Origin: Alphaproteobacteria bacterium
GTDB taxonomy: Bacteria; Pseudomonadota; Alphaproteobacteria; TMED109
Assembly (NCBI GenBank): GCA_965115815.1
Contig: OZ220465.1
Location: forward strand, 2,798,222-2,862,221
Direction: 5' to 3'
Length of the DNA: 64,000 bases
In this document: positions 39,084 through 50,876 of the stretch, piece by piece
Position numbering within the stretch: position 1 is the first letter of the stretch
How the letters are laid out: every line of letters begins with the position of its first letter
Translations under genes and position numbers: made by a program
The notes under the pieces: generated by a model
What the model was told of the DNA's origin: nothing
Database searches by the model: none
What the model saw: the letters and a program-made list of their open reading frames with translations, nothing else

Positions 39084-40112
39084 GTGCCTCCCACCGGTCC
39101 GGTCCGCGAAATCGACTGGATCGTACCGCAGAACACGCCCCCGATGCGGATCGACCGGCTGGTGGCGGCAACCATCGGGACCCTCAGCCGATCGCAGGCG
39201 AGGTCCCTGATCGAACAAGGGAACGTGACCGTGGACGGAGCCGTCGAATCCAGCCCTTCTGCCCTCGCCCGTCCCGATGTCCGGATCGCGGTCCGCATTC
39301 CACCGCCGCCCCCGGCCGACCCCCGCCCGGCGCTCCTCCCGCTCGATATCGCCTACGAGGACGAACACCTCATCGTCATCAACAAACCGCCGGGCCTGGT
39401 CGTCCACCCGGCTCCGGGCCGCCGCGGCGATACCCTCGTCGACGCCCTGCTCGCTCACTGCGGAGACCGTCTCTCGGGCATCGGCGGCGGAACCCGGCCC
39501 GGCATCGTGCACCGTCTGGACCGGGATACGTCCGGCCTGCTGGTCGCGGCCAAGACCGACGAGTCCCATATCCGGCTGGCGGCGGCAATCTCCGCCCGGG
39601 AGGTGAAGCGCATCTACCAGGCCGTCTGCTGGGGCCTGCCGGTCCCCCGAACCGGCCGCATCGAGCGGCCCATCGGCCGCCATCCCCGGCACCGCACCCG
39701 CATGGCCGTCGTGGCGCAGGGCGGACGAACAGCGGACACGCACTACCGCACACGGTTCGATGTCGGCGGGAAGGTGAGCCTGCTGGAGTGCCGGTTGGGG
39801 ACCGGCCGAACCCACCAGATCCGCGTGCATCTGGCGTCGGCGGGCTGTCCGCTGATCGGCGACACGCTGTACTGCCGGGCCCGCACCCCTTCCGCCAGCC
39901 TGGGCCCGGCCCTCCGGACCAGCCTTCGCGCCTTTCCCCGGCAGGCCCTGCATGCGCACCGGCTCGCATTCCTTCACCCCGTCACCGGCGTTCCGCTGCG
40001 CCTGACCGCCGCCCCTCCGCGCGATCTCGGGATTCTGCTGCAAACCCTGCAGGCCGCACGGCACGACGAACCCGCATCCCTTGCCAGAACCGCGCCCGAA
40101 CGGCATCTATAG
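39084..40112 (+). CDS. rluD: RluA-family 23S rRNA pseudouridine synthase (RluD-like)
   Basis: S4-like N-terminus. ..LIVINKPPGLVVHP..IVHRLDRDTSGLLVAAKT..GRTHQIRVHL. Confidence 0.9.
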   Translation: MPPTGPVREIDWIVPQNTPPMRIDRLVAATIGTLSRSQARSLIEQGNVTVDGAVESSPSALARPDVRIAVRIPPPPPADPRPALLPLDIAYEDEHLIVINKPPGLVVHPAPGRRGDTLVDALLAHCGDRLSGIGGGTRPGIVHRLDRDTSGLLVAAKTDESHIRLAAAISAREVKRIYQAVCWGLPVPRTGRIERPIGRHPRHRTRMAVVAQGGRTADTHYRTRFDVGGKVSLLECRLGTGRTHQIRVHLASAGCPLIGDTLYCRARTPSASLGPALRTSLRAFPRQALHAHRLAFLHPVTGVPLRLTAAPPRDLGILLQTLQAARHDEPASLARTAPERHL

Positions 40113-40168
40113 GAACCCGTCTTCCTCCGCGCCTCCCTCTCCCGGGGGCGTTTCCGGACCGTCCGCGC

Positions 40169-41101
40169 ATGGCCAATCTCGCTCTGCCCGTCCTCGCCCA
40201 AACCGGACTCGCACGCTATCTCAAGGAGATCCACCGGTTCCCGATGCTGAGCCGGGACGAGGAGTACACGGAAGCCACCGCCTGGCGCCAACACCAGGAC
40301 ATCGACGCGGCCCATCGGCTGGTCACCAGCCACCTGCGCCTCGCCGCGAAGATCGCGATGCGGTTCCGGGGATACGGCTTGCCCGTCACCGATCTCATTC
40401 AGGAAGCGAACATCGGCCTGATGGAGGCCGTCAAGCGGTTTGATCCGGACCGGGGGTTTCGGCTCTCCACCTATGCCATGTGGTGGATCCGGGCCGCCGT
40501 CACGGAGTATGTCCTGCACTCTTGGTCGCTCGTGAAGATCGGTACCACGGCCGCCCAGAAAAAGCTGTTCTTCGGACTTCGCCGAATGAAGAGCGACCTC
40601 CAGCTCATCGACGGCGGCGACCTCGCGCCCAAACAGGTCGAGGAGATCGCCCGGCGCATGGAGGTTCCCGAACGGGAAGTCGTGTCCATGAACCGACGCC
40701 TCGCCGGCACGGACCAGTCGCTCAACGCCCCGGTGGGGGAGGCGGAGGACGGATCGGAATGGATCGACTGGGTCGAAAGCGACGAGGACGACATCGAGGA
40801 GGCACTGGCCGAATCGGAAGAACTGGCGCAACGACGGGCCCTTCTGGGCCGGGCCCTCGCCGAACTCAACGACCGCGAACGTCGGATCTTCACCGCCCGG
40901 CGATTGTGGGAGACTCCGCGTACGCTCGAATCGCTGAGCAACGAGTTCGGCGTCAGCCGCGAACGGATTCGTCAGATCGAGGTCCGTGCCTTCCAGAAGG
41001 TGCAGGCCTCCATGCGCGACGCCGTCGCACGACACGAACCCGTCCCCGGAAGATTGAAGGCCCTGCCGCCATCGGATCGGGTCATCGTCGCAGCCTCCTG
41101 A
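40169..41101 (+). CDS. rpoH: RNA polymerase sigma-32 factor
   Basis: RpoH box QKKLFFGLRRMK. Regions 2 (DLIQEANIGLMEAVKRFDP) and 4 (SLSNEFGVSRERIRQIE). Confidence 0.93.
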   Translation: MANLALPVLAQTGLARYLKEIHRFPMLSRDEEYTEATAWRQHQDIDAAHRLVTSHLRLAAKIAMRFRGYGLPVTDLIQEANIGLMEAVKRFDPDRGFRLSTYAMWWIRAAVTEYVLHSWSLVKIGTTAAQKKLFFGLRRMKSDLQLIDGGDLAPKQVEEIARRMEVPEREVVSMNRRLAGTDQSLNAPVGEAEDGSEWIDWVESDEDDIEEALAESEELAQRRALLGRALAELNDRERRIFTARRLWETPRTLESLSNEFGVSRERIRQIEVRAFQKVQASMRDAVARHEPVPGRLKALPPSDRVIVAAS

Positions 41102-41844
41102 ACCACCGCGCACGGCGCCGCCGTCGGTTCGAGACTGCCCTCCGGATGCGTCCACGCTCCTTGGGTTCCGGACGCGGAGGGCCGGCCAATGGCAGGAAGA
41201 CGCCACAAGCCGGCACACGCGGTCTGCCGGCCGCACCGCCTTCCTCGGGTAGCCGTCCCCTCAGACGTCCGGCCGTTCCTTGACTTCCCGGTCCGTTGCG
41301 CTCCGCTGACTCCCGTTTCTCCCTGCCTCAGCCCGGTTCTCGGCCGGGCCCCTCGCGCAACCGCCTGAACCGCGACCGTCGCGCAATGTCGAAGCCCGTT
41401 ACGGACGCCGAATGGAATTTCTCCGGTGTCAGCTTGTGCCACCGATCAGGAACGATGTCCGATCGCACGTCACAGAGTTCCTTCGCGCTGCCGGTGATGC
41501 GGTTCCCGCTCGCTGCATCCGTTCCCGGAAATCGCGCCGCGCGATCGCGCAACCGGCGTCCAATCGTGTTTTCGTCCAGCACAGCCATTCGCGCCGGATC
41601 CCGAGATCGCTTGAAGGGTCGTCGGAACGGGTCATGACGATCTGCGAACCGAGGAGCTTCCGGCATGCAGTGGCGGTGGCGCGACGGGCGCCAGGGGGCG
41701 GTCGGCGGCAATCCGTACTCACTCACGGCCACGAAGGCACGCACTCCCGTCCGACCCGGCCCTCGACGAGATCGGAAACACGGGGTTTCGGATGTGGACA
41801 GGATAGAATGCTGTACACAGTCGAATTCCGTGATTCCTCAATCG

Positions 41845-42090
41845 GCACCGTGGCCGGCAATATCCGGCACGTCTTCCAAATCGATACGGCCATGGTTGAT
41901 CAACTGCGTCCGGGTCGTCATCGGCGATACGTCGAAGTGATCCGCGGCTTCGTTCTGCTTTTCTTCGGAGTAGTCGCCGTTCAGCATCTCCTCCATCGAG
42001 GAAAACGGGCTCAATAACTCGGCAGCGAAGGCTCGTTGCGCCTTCTGTCTGTAGCTGTGGGCGCGTGTTGCCGGATACAGCCGGTCGACG
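41845..42090 (-). pseudogene. possible ImmA/IrrE-type metallopeptidase remnant
   Basis: Only ..YRQKAQRAFAAELLSPFSSMEEML..AADHFDVSPMTTRTQLINHGRI resembles the C-terminal part of DUF955/ImmA proteins. No HExxH motif. Stops upstream. Confidence 0.25.
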
Positions 42091-42319
42091 TATCGAACTC
42101 CATGCGCACGACCCCCAGAGGGAACCCTGCCCCCAAAGGCTCAACGGCTGCCGGACCGATCCTCGAAACGGGCATGCCGGGAACCAATCAACCGAAGCGA
42201 TAATTTGCGGACGGGCCCTCATCGATTGGCGTAGCCGGTGTCGTGTACGCGAAGTCCTGTACGAAATACCCCGTCCCGACCCGGAACTTCCGGCTTCCCT
42301 TGATTGAGCCTCCCGGCGC

Positions 42320-42648
42320 TCAAGAAGCGATTCCCGTGAACAGGGCGAGGGCGCGGTTCACCGCCACCATGTCGGCATCGTCAAGATGCCCGAAAACCTG
42401 TCCGATACGGCGCGTTCCCGCCGAGAAGATCTGATCGACATGACATAGGAACGCGTGCGCAGACCATTGTTCCCGGAGGGCTCGACCGGCACACGTATCA
42501 GCGGAACGTCGAGTGCGGCCGAAGTCAGCAATACGACTGTGACCGTCAACGTCAGTTGGGCGAAAAGGTCCGATCGGATCACCAGCGCCGGGCGCGGTTT
42601 GCCATGTTCGCCCTGCAGCGCAACGGTGACGAGGTCGCCGCGCCTCAC
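42320..42648 (-). pseudogene. MazF/PemK-family toxin, 1-nt frameshift near 42440
   Basis: MRRGDLVTVALQGEHGKPRPALVIRSDLF..VVLLTSA..PLIRVPVEPS..NGLRTRSYVM continues in another frame as VDQIFSAGTRRIGQVFGHLDDADMVAVNRALALF. Confidence 0.75.
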
Positions 42649-42896
42649 TCCTTGTGTCCGGCTTCAAGGATATCCAGATGTTCGGCAAGATCGTCCGCCG
42701 CCGCGTCCATGAATTGCATGAGTTCGGGGTCAGCACGGTTGGCCGCATCGACGACTACAGCTTGGCGGGCGCACTCTTCGGCAAAGCCGAAGGCGCGGGT
42801 ATCGGGAACCCAGATCTGTATCGGCCGCAGTCCCTGCGCCCTGAGGGCCGCCCTGCGCTTCTCTACGCGTTGCGCACTGGTGGATGCAGGGGCCAT
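42645..42896 (-). CDS. DUF3018-type antitoxin
   Basis: ..RVEKRRAALRAQGLRPIQIWVPDTRAFGFAEECARQ... The stop overlaps the toxin start (ATGA). Confidence 0.75.
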   Translation of the reverse strand: MAPASTSAQRVEKRRAALRAQGLRPIQIWVPDTRAFGFAEECARQAVVVDAANRADPELMQFMDAAADDLAEHLDILEAGHKE

Positions 42897-43199
42897 GGCG
42901 CGTCTCCCATCGAATCGTTGCGCTACATGTAACACTTTTGCCTGTTGCGGGGGAAGGCCTCCGGTCTGATCGAAGGAGCGATCTGTTGTTATCAAATGAC
43001 TGACTTGGAAGGGCGAGTCGAGGAATAGGTGCGGGTGGAGCAGGCCCGCCCAAGTCAGGAACATTCTGCTCTCGAAGGCAGGGCCGGAGTCTCGGGGGAG
43101 CAGAGCCGCAGTGGTGCGAATCCATGACTGATTCGCCGTAATCTCGGGTCGCCTGGATCCCTCACGGGGTCGTGCAGGCCAATCCGGCGAGGGATTCCG

Positions 43200-43936
43200 G
43201 ATGCCCGGGCCGGATGCTGCGCTGCGCCGTTCGACGACGCCGTTTCCTGCTGCCGGGTTCCGTCGCCGGCGGTTCCGGGCTCGGGCAGGGTCAGGATGGC
43301 ATCAAAAGCCTCCTGTGCGCGGGCGGCGTACCGGCGATGGGGGCCGGGTAGATGATGTCGAAAACGGTCGTCCCGACGCGCCCTGGCGTCGGCGGCATGG
43401 ATCGGACCGGCGAGATTGCGCGGCAGGTTGCGCACCTGCACCCGGCAGCGATCCTCGTCCCATGTGCAGTCCCACCTCATGGAGCCGGTTCTCAATCTGC
43501 CGATTCTGGTGCACCGGAGCCGGCCATGGCCCGGGCCCGGCGCGTCGGGCGTCGAGGGAAGTCCGGCGCCGGATCCCTTCGGTGCTGCGCTTGCCGGTAT
43601 TGCGCATTTCCCGCTCGTGCATCTGCGCCCGGCCGGACGACACCCATGAAGAGCGGCCTGGGGGGCCTTGCGGCCCCGGGGATCGCCGGAGAGGTCGACG
43701 ACGGCGCAACGGCGCCACTCGAAACGGCCATGATCCTTGTGAAGGTCGCGTGGCAAGGCGCCTGACGGAAGTCGATCGCTTGGAGATCGTTGCAGATCGT
43801 GTCCCGGTTGCCCTTGATGGTGATGATCCCGGAGTCGGAGCCGCACTCGATTCGGCACCGTGCGGTGTCGTGCCGGACATACAGCGCATCGAGGGTCACT
43901 GCGCATCCGGCAAGGTCGAGATTGCAGGAGTGTTCG
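43200..43936 (-). pseudogene. ISAs1-family transposase remnant (frameshifted, truncated by IS3-2)
   Basis: ..VTLDALYVRHDTARCRIECGSDSGIITIKGNRDT.. and ..HQNRQIENRLHE / WDCTWDEDRCRVQVRNLPRNLA.. lie in different frames. Confidence 0.6.
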
Positions 43937-45193
43937 TGGTCTGCCCCCTGAAACTGGTCCACCCTAAGGTTCAGGATGAGGAGGGCCAACCATGGCCAGA
44001 ACGCGTTCCAAGCCGGATCCGATCGTCCGCCTGCTACGGCAGGTGGAGGTGCTGCTCGGCCAGGACCTGTCGATGGCAGAGGCGATCCGGCGGGTCGGGA
44101 TCCGCGAGGTCACCTTCTACCGGTGGCGCAAGGAGGATGCCGGGAGGAACGGCGACCAGCTACGCCGCCGGAAGGATCCGGAGAAGGAGAACGAGCGGCT
44201 GCGCCGGGCCGTTTCCGACCTGGCGTGGGACCCGCAGATTCTCGAGGAGGCTGCCCGGGGAACCTTCCGAGCCCCTCGCGTCGCCGCCCATGGATCGATC
44301 CTGTCCGTGGTCGGCTCGAGATCTCGGAACGGCGTGCCTGCCGGGTGTCGGGGCCGCATCGCTCGATCCCGCGTCGGGTTCCGCGTCCCCGTGCCGACGA
44401 GAAGCGCCGGGTTGCGAACAGGATCGGGCTGGCTCGCCGGCAGGTCCGCTACGGCTACCGCCGCATCGCGGCCCGGCTGCGCGCCGCCGGCTGGCGGGTC
44501 CACGACAAGAGAATCGAACGCCGGTGGCGGCGCGAGGGGCGGAAGATGCCTGCCCAACCACGGAAACGGAGCCGACTCCGGCTCCGTGACGGCTCCGGTG
44601 TCCGGCTCCGTGCCGAGCGGGTGAACCCCCGTCCGGTCGTACGACTTCGTGCCTCACCGGACCGAGGACGGCCGGGCCTTCCGCAGGCTCAACGTGCGGG
44701 ACGAGTTCCGCCGCGAGAGCCTGGCCCTCCGGGTCCGGTGCAAGCTTTCCTCGAGCGAGGTCGTCGACGTGCCGAGCGATCAGTTCCTCCTGCGGGGCGT
44801 GCCGGGCCCCATCCGTTCCGACCACGGCCCGGAGTTCGTCGCCAAGGTCGTGCGGCGATGGATCTCTGCGGCCGGCGCCCGCACCGCCTTCATCCGGCCG
44901 GGATCCCCCTGGGAGACCGGATTCATCGAAAGCTTCCACGCACGGCTGCGGGACGAGCTCCGGAATGGGGAGATCTTCCACACCCTGAAGGAGGCCCGGA
45001 TTTTCATCGAATCCTAGCGCCGCCACGACCACGCCGTGCGCCCGCACAGCAGCTTGGGATCCCAACCCCCCAACCCCGGAAACGATCATGCCAAGCTGGT
45101 CGGCCGGCTCCGCTACGCTCCGCCGGCCAGCCTGGCGGAGAAGCCGCCCATGCACGGACATTCGCACTGGACCAGTCGATGGGGGCAGGCCAT
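43937..45193 (+). mobile_element. IS3-family insertion sequence (IS3-2)
   Basis: IRs TGGTCTGCCCCCTGAAACTGGTCCA / TGGCCTGCCCCCATCGACTGGTCCA (reverse-complemented). Confidence 0.8.
43992..45190 (+). pseudogene. IS3-family transposase orfA/orfB, frameshifts and in-frame TAG (45015-45017)
   Basis: orfA ..IRRVGIREVTFYRWRKE..EKENERLRRAVSDLAWDPQILEEAA. orfB ..YGYRRIAARLRAAGW..IRSDHGPEFVAK..GSPWETGFIESFHARLRDE..ES*RRH. Confidence 0.8.
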
Positions 45194-45272
45194 TCCCACG
45201 GCGTGACTTGGTTTGCCTTCGGTGGGGCCACGGGTTCCAGTTCCCGGCCCACAACCACCGAGACCGACATTT
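45194..45272 (-). mobile_element. fragment of an IS427-group element
   Basis: Similar to 25861-25935 (..LEPVAPPKANQVTPWEW..). Confidence 0.5.
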
Positions 45273-45454
45273 AATTGAATTGAGATTTCAGCGTGAATCG
45301 TCTTAAAATATTAATCCCGAACAAGAAATCGTATCTCCATTGCGCATCTAGTGTGAATGTAACCTGTCCGAATTGCAGGCAGGGAGACGGATTGAGTACG
45401 CATAGAACACGAAAGCGAAAACGTCTTTGCTGGAATTGAACGTAAATACTCACC

Positions 45455-46890
45455 CCTTGTTGGGGTCGGGTTGGCCGTAGTGCTCGTTGAGGATGTCTGC
45501 GGCCTTTCCGTCGAGGGCGATGTGGATGGCGACGAGAGGGTGGTAGCCGAGTGCCTCCATGGAGGTGAGGAAGCTGGAGCCTCGGCACCATGCGGTTGCG
45601 TGGAGCATGGTGCGGAACCATCCGGACACCTTGATTGACCTTGGTCATTCGGATCTTCGGTTCTCCGGCATGGTGGGTGAAGCGGACGTCGGGGTCCTTC
45701 ATGAAGCGGAGAACGGACGTCTCGTGTTTCACGAGACGTTCGCGCAGGAGATGGCTGCCGCACAGCGGGTGGCGGCACGGATCGTAGCCCCTGTACGCAG
45801 CCCAGCCGTCGTGGACCCGGACGCCCGGGTAGCGCGGGAGGATGCCGATCTCTTCGATCGCCTCCCGACCGCGCGTGCGGTGCGGGAACTTCACGGTCAG
45901 GGTGCCGTCGGTGACGACAGGGAGCCCTGGGGTCTTGCCGGCGACCCGGAATCCGGTCTCATCGACCTGCAAGGCCGGGCGTGGCAGGAGATGGGCCACG
46001 GCGACCTCCTCCCAGGATGCGAGCGCATCCTGAAAGCGCCGGACCTAGCCGAGGCAGGTCGCCTCGGAGAGCCTGATGCCGGAGATCGCGTGCACGAGCG
46101 AGACGGCACGGCGCAGGGACCGCATCTGGGCGATCAGCAGGTTGAGGACCAAGGCCTGGATGCGGACACCGTACTGCACGGGACCCGGCATGAGGTCTGG
46201 GAACCGGCCCTTGGTCCGGGCCCGGCACTTCGGGCATTCCTTGATCTCGGCGTCGACGCGGCGCTCGACGACTTCAAACACGATGTCGTAGAGGACGCGG
46301 CGCTCCCGGTCGACGGGGTCGACGTCGTCGAGGTCGGCGCCGCAGGCGTCGCCGGCATCGACGGTGATCGTCTCCTTGACGGGGGTCGTGCGCCGGGGGC
46401 CGCCCGTCTGCGGGTTCGGCTTCGGGCCCTTGCCGGGGCTCCCGGTGCGCCGCGCGCTCTCGTCCGGGTCCGTCTGGGACGGCGGCAGACCGGAGTTCCG
46501 GCTCGTCGTGCGCGTGGTCTTCTCCATGAGCACGGCCAGCAACCGCTGTATCCGCATCCGCAGGCCGCGGACGAGCGCCTCGCACTCCGGGTGGACCTTG
46601 TCTTGCGTGCGGAGATCCTGGAACCGCTTCCGGAAGGCGTCGACCTCCGGGCGCAGGGACGTGCCGGCGACGCTCGTCCTCCCGATGCCTCCACCACCCG
46701 GACGGCCGCCCGCACGGCGAACCGCTCGCCTTCGGGCATCGTCCGGGAGCGCCGCGCCCCGCTCTCTGCGAGGCGCGGGATGCGCGGGCGGTCGATCGAG
46801 TTCCGGCCCGCGCACGTGGGCCCGTGCGGCCGGCCCGAGGCGAAGGTCGCGAGAACCTGCAGGGCGCAGCCCGGGTGACGTTCCACCGGG
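45455..46890 (-). pseudogene. IS66-family transposase remnant (in-frame TAG 46045-46047, internal deletion, frameshifts)
   Basis: ..SRNSGLPPSQTD..ECPKCRARTKG..LIAQMRSLRRAVSL..QVDETGFRVAGKT..CGSHLLRE..VLRFMKDPDVRFT. Confidence 0.7.
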
Positions 46891-47242
46891 GTATCTACTC
46901 ACCCCTCTACTGATGACGAATCGTTTTTCCTGAGAGCCTGTGCGAAAACTATTGAGCGATCCCGATTCTGGTGTCTGCGATGTGGCTGGAGAGTACATCG
47001 GGATCAAACAAGCCCATTCCACATCTGTCAGATTGCTTTCGAAGCGGTCTCTCCGACGCCGATACTTTGCACGAGCGGCCAGAATCGGGACCGCTCAATA
47101 GTTTCCGTACAGGCTCTGACGGGTTCGGATCCGGCATTTTCCCTTGCCCCTTTCACTCGCTCGCGGCCGATGACCGGAAGTGCGTGTTCCGGCTGACAAG
47201 AAACGGATCGATCTTCGTCATCAGTAGGGGGTGAGTAGATAC
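46891..47242. mobile_element. MITE-2 copy b, with MITE-1 nested inside
   Basis: TIRs GTATCTACTCACCCC.. and 8-bp TSD CCACCGGG (46883-46890 / 47243-47250). Confidence 0.8.
46934..47116 (-). mobile_element. MITE-1 copy 3
   Basis: Full-length copy flanked by TGA/TGA. The uninterrupted MITE-2a reads ..TTTTCCTGACGGG.. at this site. Confidence 0.85.
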
Positions 47243-47338
47243 CCACCGGGTACTCACAGCGGAAGGAGTCGATCGCCCGGCGGGGGAGGTCGAGGTCGAG
47301 GCTGCGCCGCGCCCTGCCTATGACTCACATCAGTAGGC

Positions 47339-49253
47339 TTGACCGGAGTGCATGGACCCTCTACGGTGCGGCTCCTGTCGGCCATGGAACCCGTGCACCG
47401 CATCTTGAGACAGCCGGCGCATCTGCGCCGGCTGCAGGCGCTTCGGTCCCGGGAGCCGCCGGCCCGCCGTCGGGCCGGGGTCCGTCGGGTGTGTCGGGAG
47501 TTTCGCCTGATCGACGCGCGGGGTCGCTGGCGCGCGCGCAGTTGCCAAGCGGTATTGGAAGATCTGGAGCCCACCCGGCAGGTGCAGTTGCCTCCGCCCC
47601 GCCGGGGCCTGGGTGGGGGCGCTCTCCGGCGGCTGGGCGCGGGAGTTCCGGCGCCGTCGGCGGTGCCTCCGGAAGCGGGTGCGCTGCACGATCTGCGCTT
47701 GGTGCCGGTGACCGGGGAGGCGGACCGGCGGATCTGGAACGAGCTGATGTTTCGGGAGCATCCGTGAGGGGCGGTGCGGCATGTGGGCGCCCAACTCCGG
47801 TATCGGGTTCGATCGGAGCATGGCATCTTGGGGGCCTTGGGCTTTGCGGCGCCGGCCTTGCGCCTGGCTTCCCGGGACCGATGGATCGGGTGGGACGAGA
47901 CCACGCGGTCGCAACACCTGAACCACGCGGTGATCGGTCGGAGCCGGTTCCTGATCCGACCGTCGGTGCGCTGCCGGAACCTGGGCTCCCGGGTGCTGGG
48001 GATGGTGCTGGCCCGGCTGCCCGACGAGATCAAGGCCCGGTACGGGGATCGTCCCCTGCGGGTCGAAACCTTCGTGGATCCGGAAACCCATGCGGGCGCC
48101 GTGTTTGCCGCCGCCGGCTGGGAGCGGGTGGGAGAGACCACCGGGCGGGGGCGGTTCGCCCGTCCCGGGCAGGAGCGGCGGTCGGTCAAGGCGGTGGGGA
48201 TGCGTCCGCTGCGGAGCGACGGGCGGGCGGTTTTGGGTGTGGCACCGGCGCCGGCGGAGGCCTTGGGTCCGGCCGACGGACGGGAGCGGGGGAGCTGGAC
48301 CGCGAACGAGTTCGGCGGAGCTCCGCTGGGGGACCGTCGGCTCAGCCGTCGGTGGGTCACGAGTGCGTCCCTGATGGCCGACCAACCCGGCGCATCGTTC
48401 CCGGCCGCGGCCCGGGGTCAGCGGGCCTTGGTCACCGGGTACTACCGGAGGATCGACCCGCCGGCCGCGTCGGCGGTCCCACCGGAGGCCCTTCCGGCTC
48501 CGTACCGGGAGCGCACCCGCCGACGCATGGCCTCCTGCACGACGGTGCTGAGGATCCAGGACGGATCGGACCTCAACTTCGCGACCCATCCGAAGTGCGG
48601 CGAGCTCGGTCTCATCGGCCGCAACCGGAACGCGTCGGGCACCCGGGGTCTGCACCTGCATTCCACGCTGGCGGTCGACGCGGACACCGGCATTCCCCTC
48701 GGTGTCCCCCGCATCGAATCCGACGCGCCGGACGGCCGGGCCGAGAAGGGCAAGCCGCTCGAAGAACGGAAATCCGCCCGCGGGATGCGGGGGTTGCGAG
48801 ACACCTCGGAGCGGGTTCCGGACGGCGTGCGGGTCGTCTCCGTACTCGATCGGGAGGCGGATTTCTTCGCCCGGTTCGCCGAGCGGCAGCGGCTGGGCAC
48901 CGTCGATCTTCGGGTCCGGGCCCGCCCCAACCGGTCCTTGGGCAAGGACGAAGAGAAGCTCTTCGAGCCACGGGCAGCGGAACCCTCGGCCGGATCCTTG
49001 GAGATCGAAATCGCCCGCCCGTCGGCCCGCACCTCCACCCGCACCCAGAAGGCCCAGGCGCTGCGGGAAGCGCGGGTCGCCAAGGTATCCCTGCAGTTCC
49101 GGCGCTTCGACCTGCCTCCTCCAGGGAACGGAACCGGCGCGCACGACCCCGTGCCCATGACGGCGGTCCGCAGGACCGAAGAAGATCCGCCGGCCGGCGT
49201 GGAGCCCCTGCACGGGATCCTGCTCACCCGCCTGCCGGTATCGACCCGGAAGG
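47339..49253 (+). pseudogene. D1 transposase, N-terminal 3/4 (in-frame TGA 47765-47767, then interrupted by C2)
   Basis: Collinear with the D2 protein. D2 has TGC (Cys) where D1 has TGA. Many Trp->Gly changes. Confidence 0.85.
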
Positions 49254-49341
49254 CACGGCCATCCCACGCTAGGTTTGTTGGAAGGCTGGGTTCCGCGGAT
49301 TCCGGATGATTCGGATTGGTGCTGGCTTTTTGTGAAGCGGC

Positions 49342-50876
49342 GTGGTATCCGTGGTGGTCATGGAACGCGCCGCGGATGTTTTCGAGACGACTCCGGAGGG
49401 TTTTGCGCTCCGGGATGTGGTGGTGCGCTTGGCGCGGCCGGATGAGGTGTGTCGCTGGAACCGTGTGGTGGACCGTCATCATGATCTTGGTTTCAAGCAG
49501 TTTGCGGGTCGAGGTCTGCGCTACGTGTTCACGTGGCGCGGGCGGTGGATGGGCGCTGCGGGCTGGCAGACGGGCGCCTTCCGTTGTGCGCCGCGGGACC
49601 GTTGGATGGGTTGGCGCCGCAAAGAACCGTTGGAGCGGTTGCATCTGATCAGAAACCACACGAGGTTTGTGATTCTGGGAGGTCGCCGAGCGTTTCGGGG
49701 TCTTGCCTCGTTTGCGTTGTCGCGGATGCAGCGGCGTCTCAGCGACGACTGGGAGGCTGCGTACGGCAATCCGTTGCTGGTGGCGGAATCGTTTGTCTCG
49801 CCGACGAAGTTCCGCGGCACCCTGTACAGGGCAGCGAACTGGAAGTACGTGGGCAGGAGCAAGGGCTATGCACGTGCCAACGGGCGCTCTACCGATCCGC
49901 ACGGGGAGGCGAAGGATCGGTACGGGGTTCCGCTGCGTCGCGACGCCTGTCGTCGGTTGCGGGATCGTGCGCCGCTTCCTGCGGCGTGGGAGTTGCGGGC
50001 GACGCAGAGCGGCCGGTCGGCGCGGGAGGTGCGCTCGATGTACCCGCATTTTGCGGCGCTTTCCGACTTCCGGCGCGCGCAGGGGCGCACGCACGGCATC
50101 GCCTCGGTCCTGTGCGTGATCGTGCTGGCGCGGCTGGCGAATCGGCACGGCGCGGTGGCCGCGGCACGCTACGCGAAGGCGATGACGCAGAAGGATCTGG
50201 CGCAGATCGGTGCGTGGAAGAACCCGGACACCGGCCGGTATGAACCGGTATCTAAATCGACCGTGCACCGGGTGCTGCAGAACACCGACCCGACGTGGAT
50301 CGAGGAGGCTCTGCGGCGCTGGGCGCAGCCGTGCCTGCGGGTCGGCCACGCGATCGCGGTCGACGGCACGCGCATTCGCGGCGCCCACCGCACCGGCGAG
50401 GATCCTAACGAGACGGTCTCGCGGATCGAGCACGGGACCGGCATGCCGGTCTCGATCCTCAACGATCATGACGAAGGCGGGGAGATCGCCGCCGTCCACG
50501 CCGCGCTCGAGACCGCGCCGGTGGCCGGCCGTCTACTCACGCTCGACGCGCTCCACACCACCCGCGAGACGGCACGACGGATCGTCGAGACCCATGGCGC
50601 CGACTGGATGATGACGGTCAAGGGCAACGCTCCCAAGACCTTCGAGACGTTCGAGAGCATCAACTGGGAAACCACAAGCACGGGACGCTACCGCGAAACG
50701 CCCACGCTCGAGCACGGCCGCATCGAGCCGCGCAGCATCGAAGTTTTTACCCCTCCAGCGAAGATGATCCACGATCCTCATGTCAAACCGATCTTCCGTG
50801 TCACCCGGCGCGTCGAATTCAAGAAATCTGGAAAACAGACCATGGAACACGCCTACGGCAGGACTTCGGTCGCGGC
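49342..50876 (+). pseudogene. C2 DUF4338 + ISAs1 transposase, interrupted by D2 (remainder 53306-53577)
   Basis: Continuous 514-aa ORF up to the D2 insertion, with no TAG at the C1 position. The C-terminal rest is ..NRGHWVVESHHPIRDTTFREDDSR.. after D2. Confidence 0.85.
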
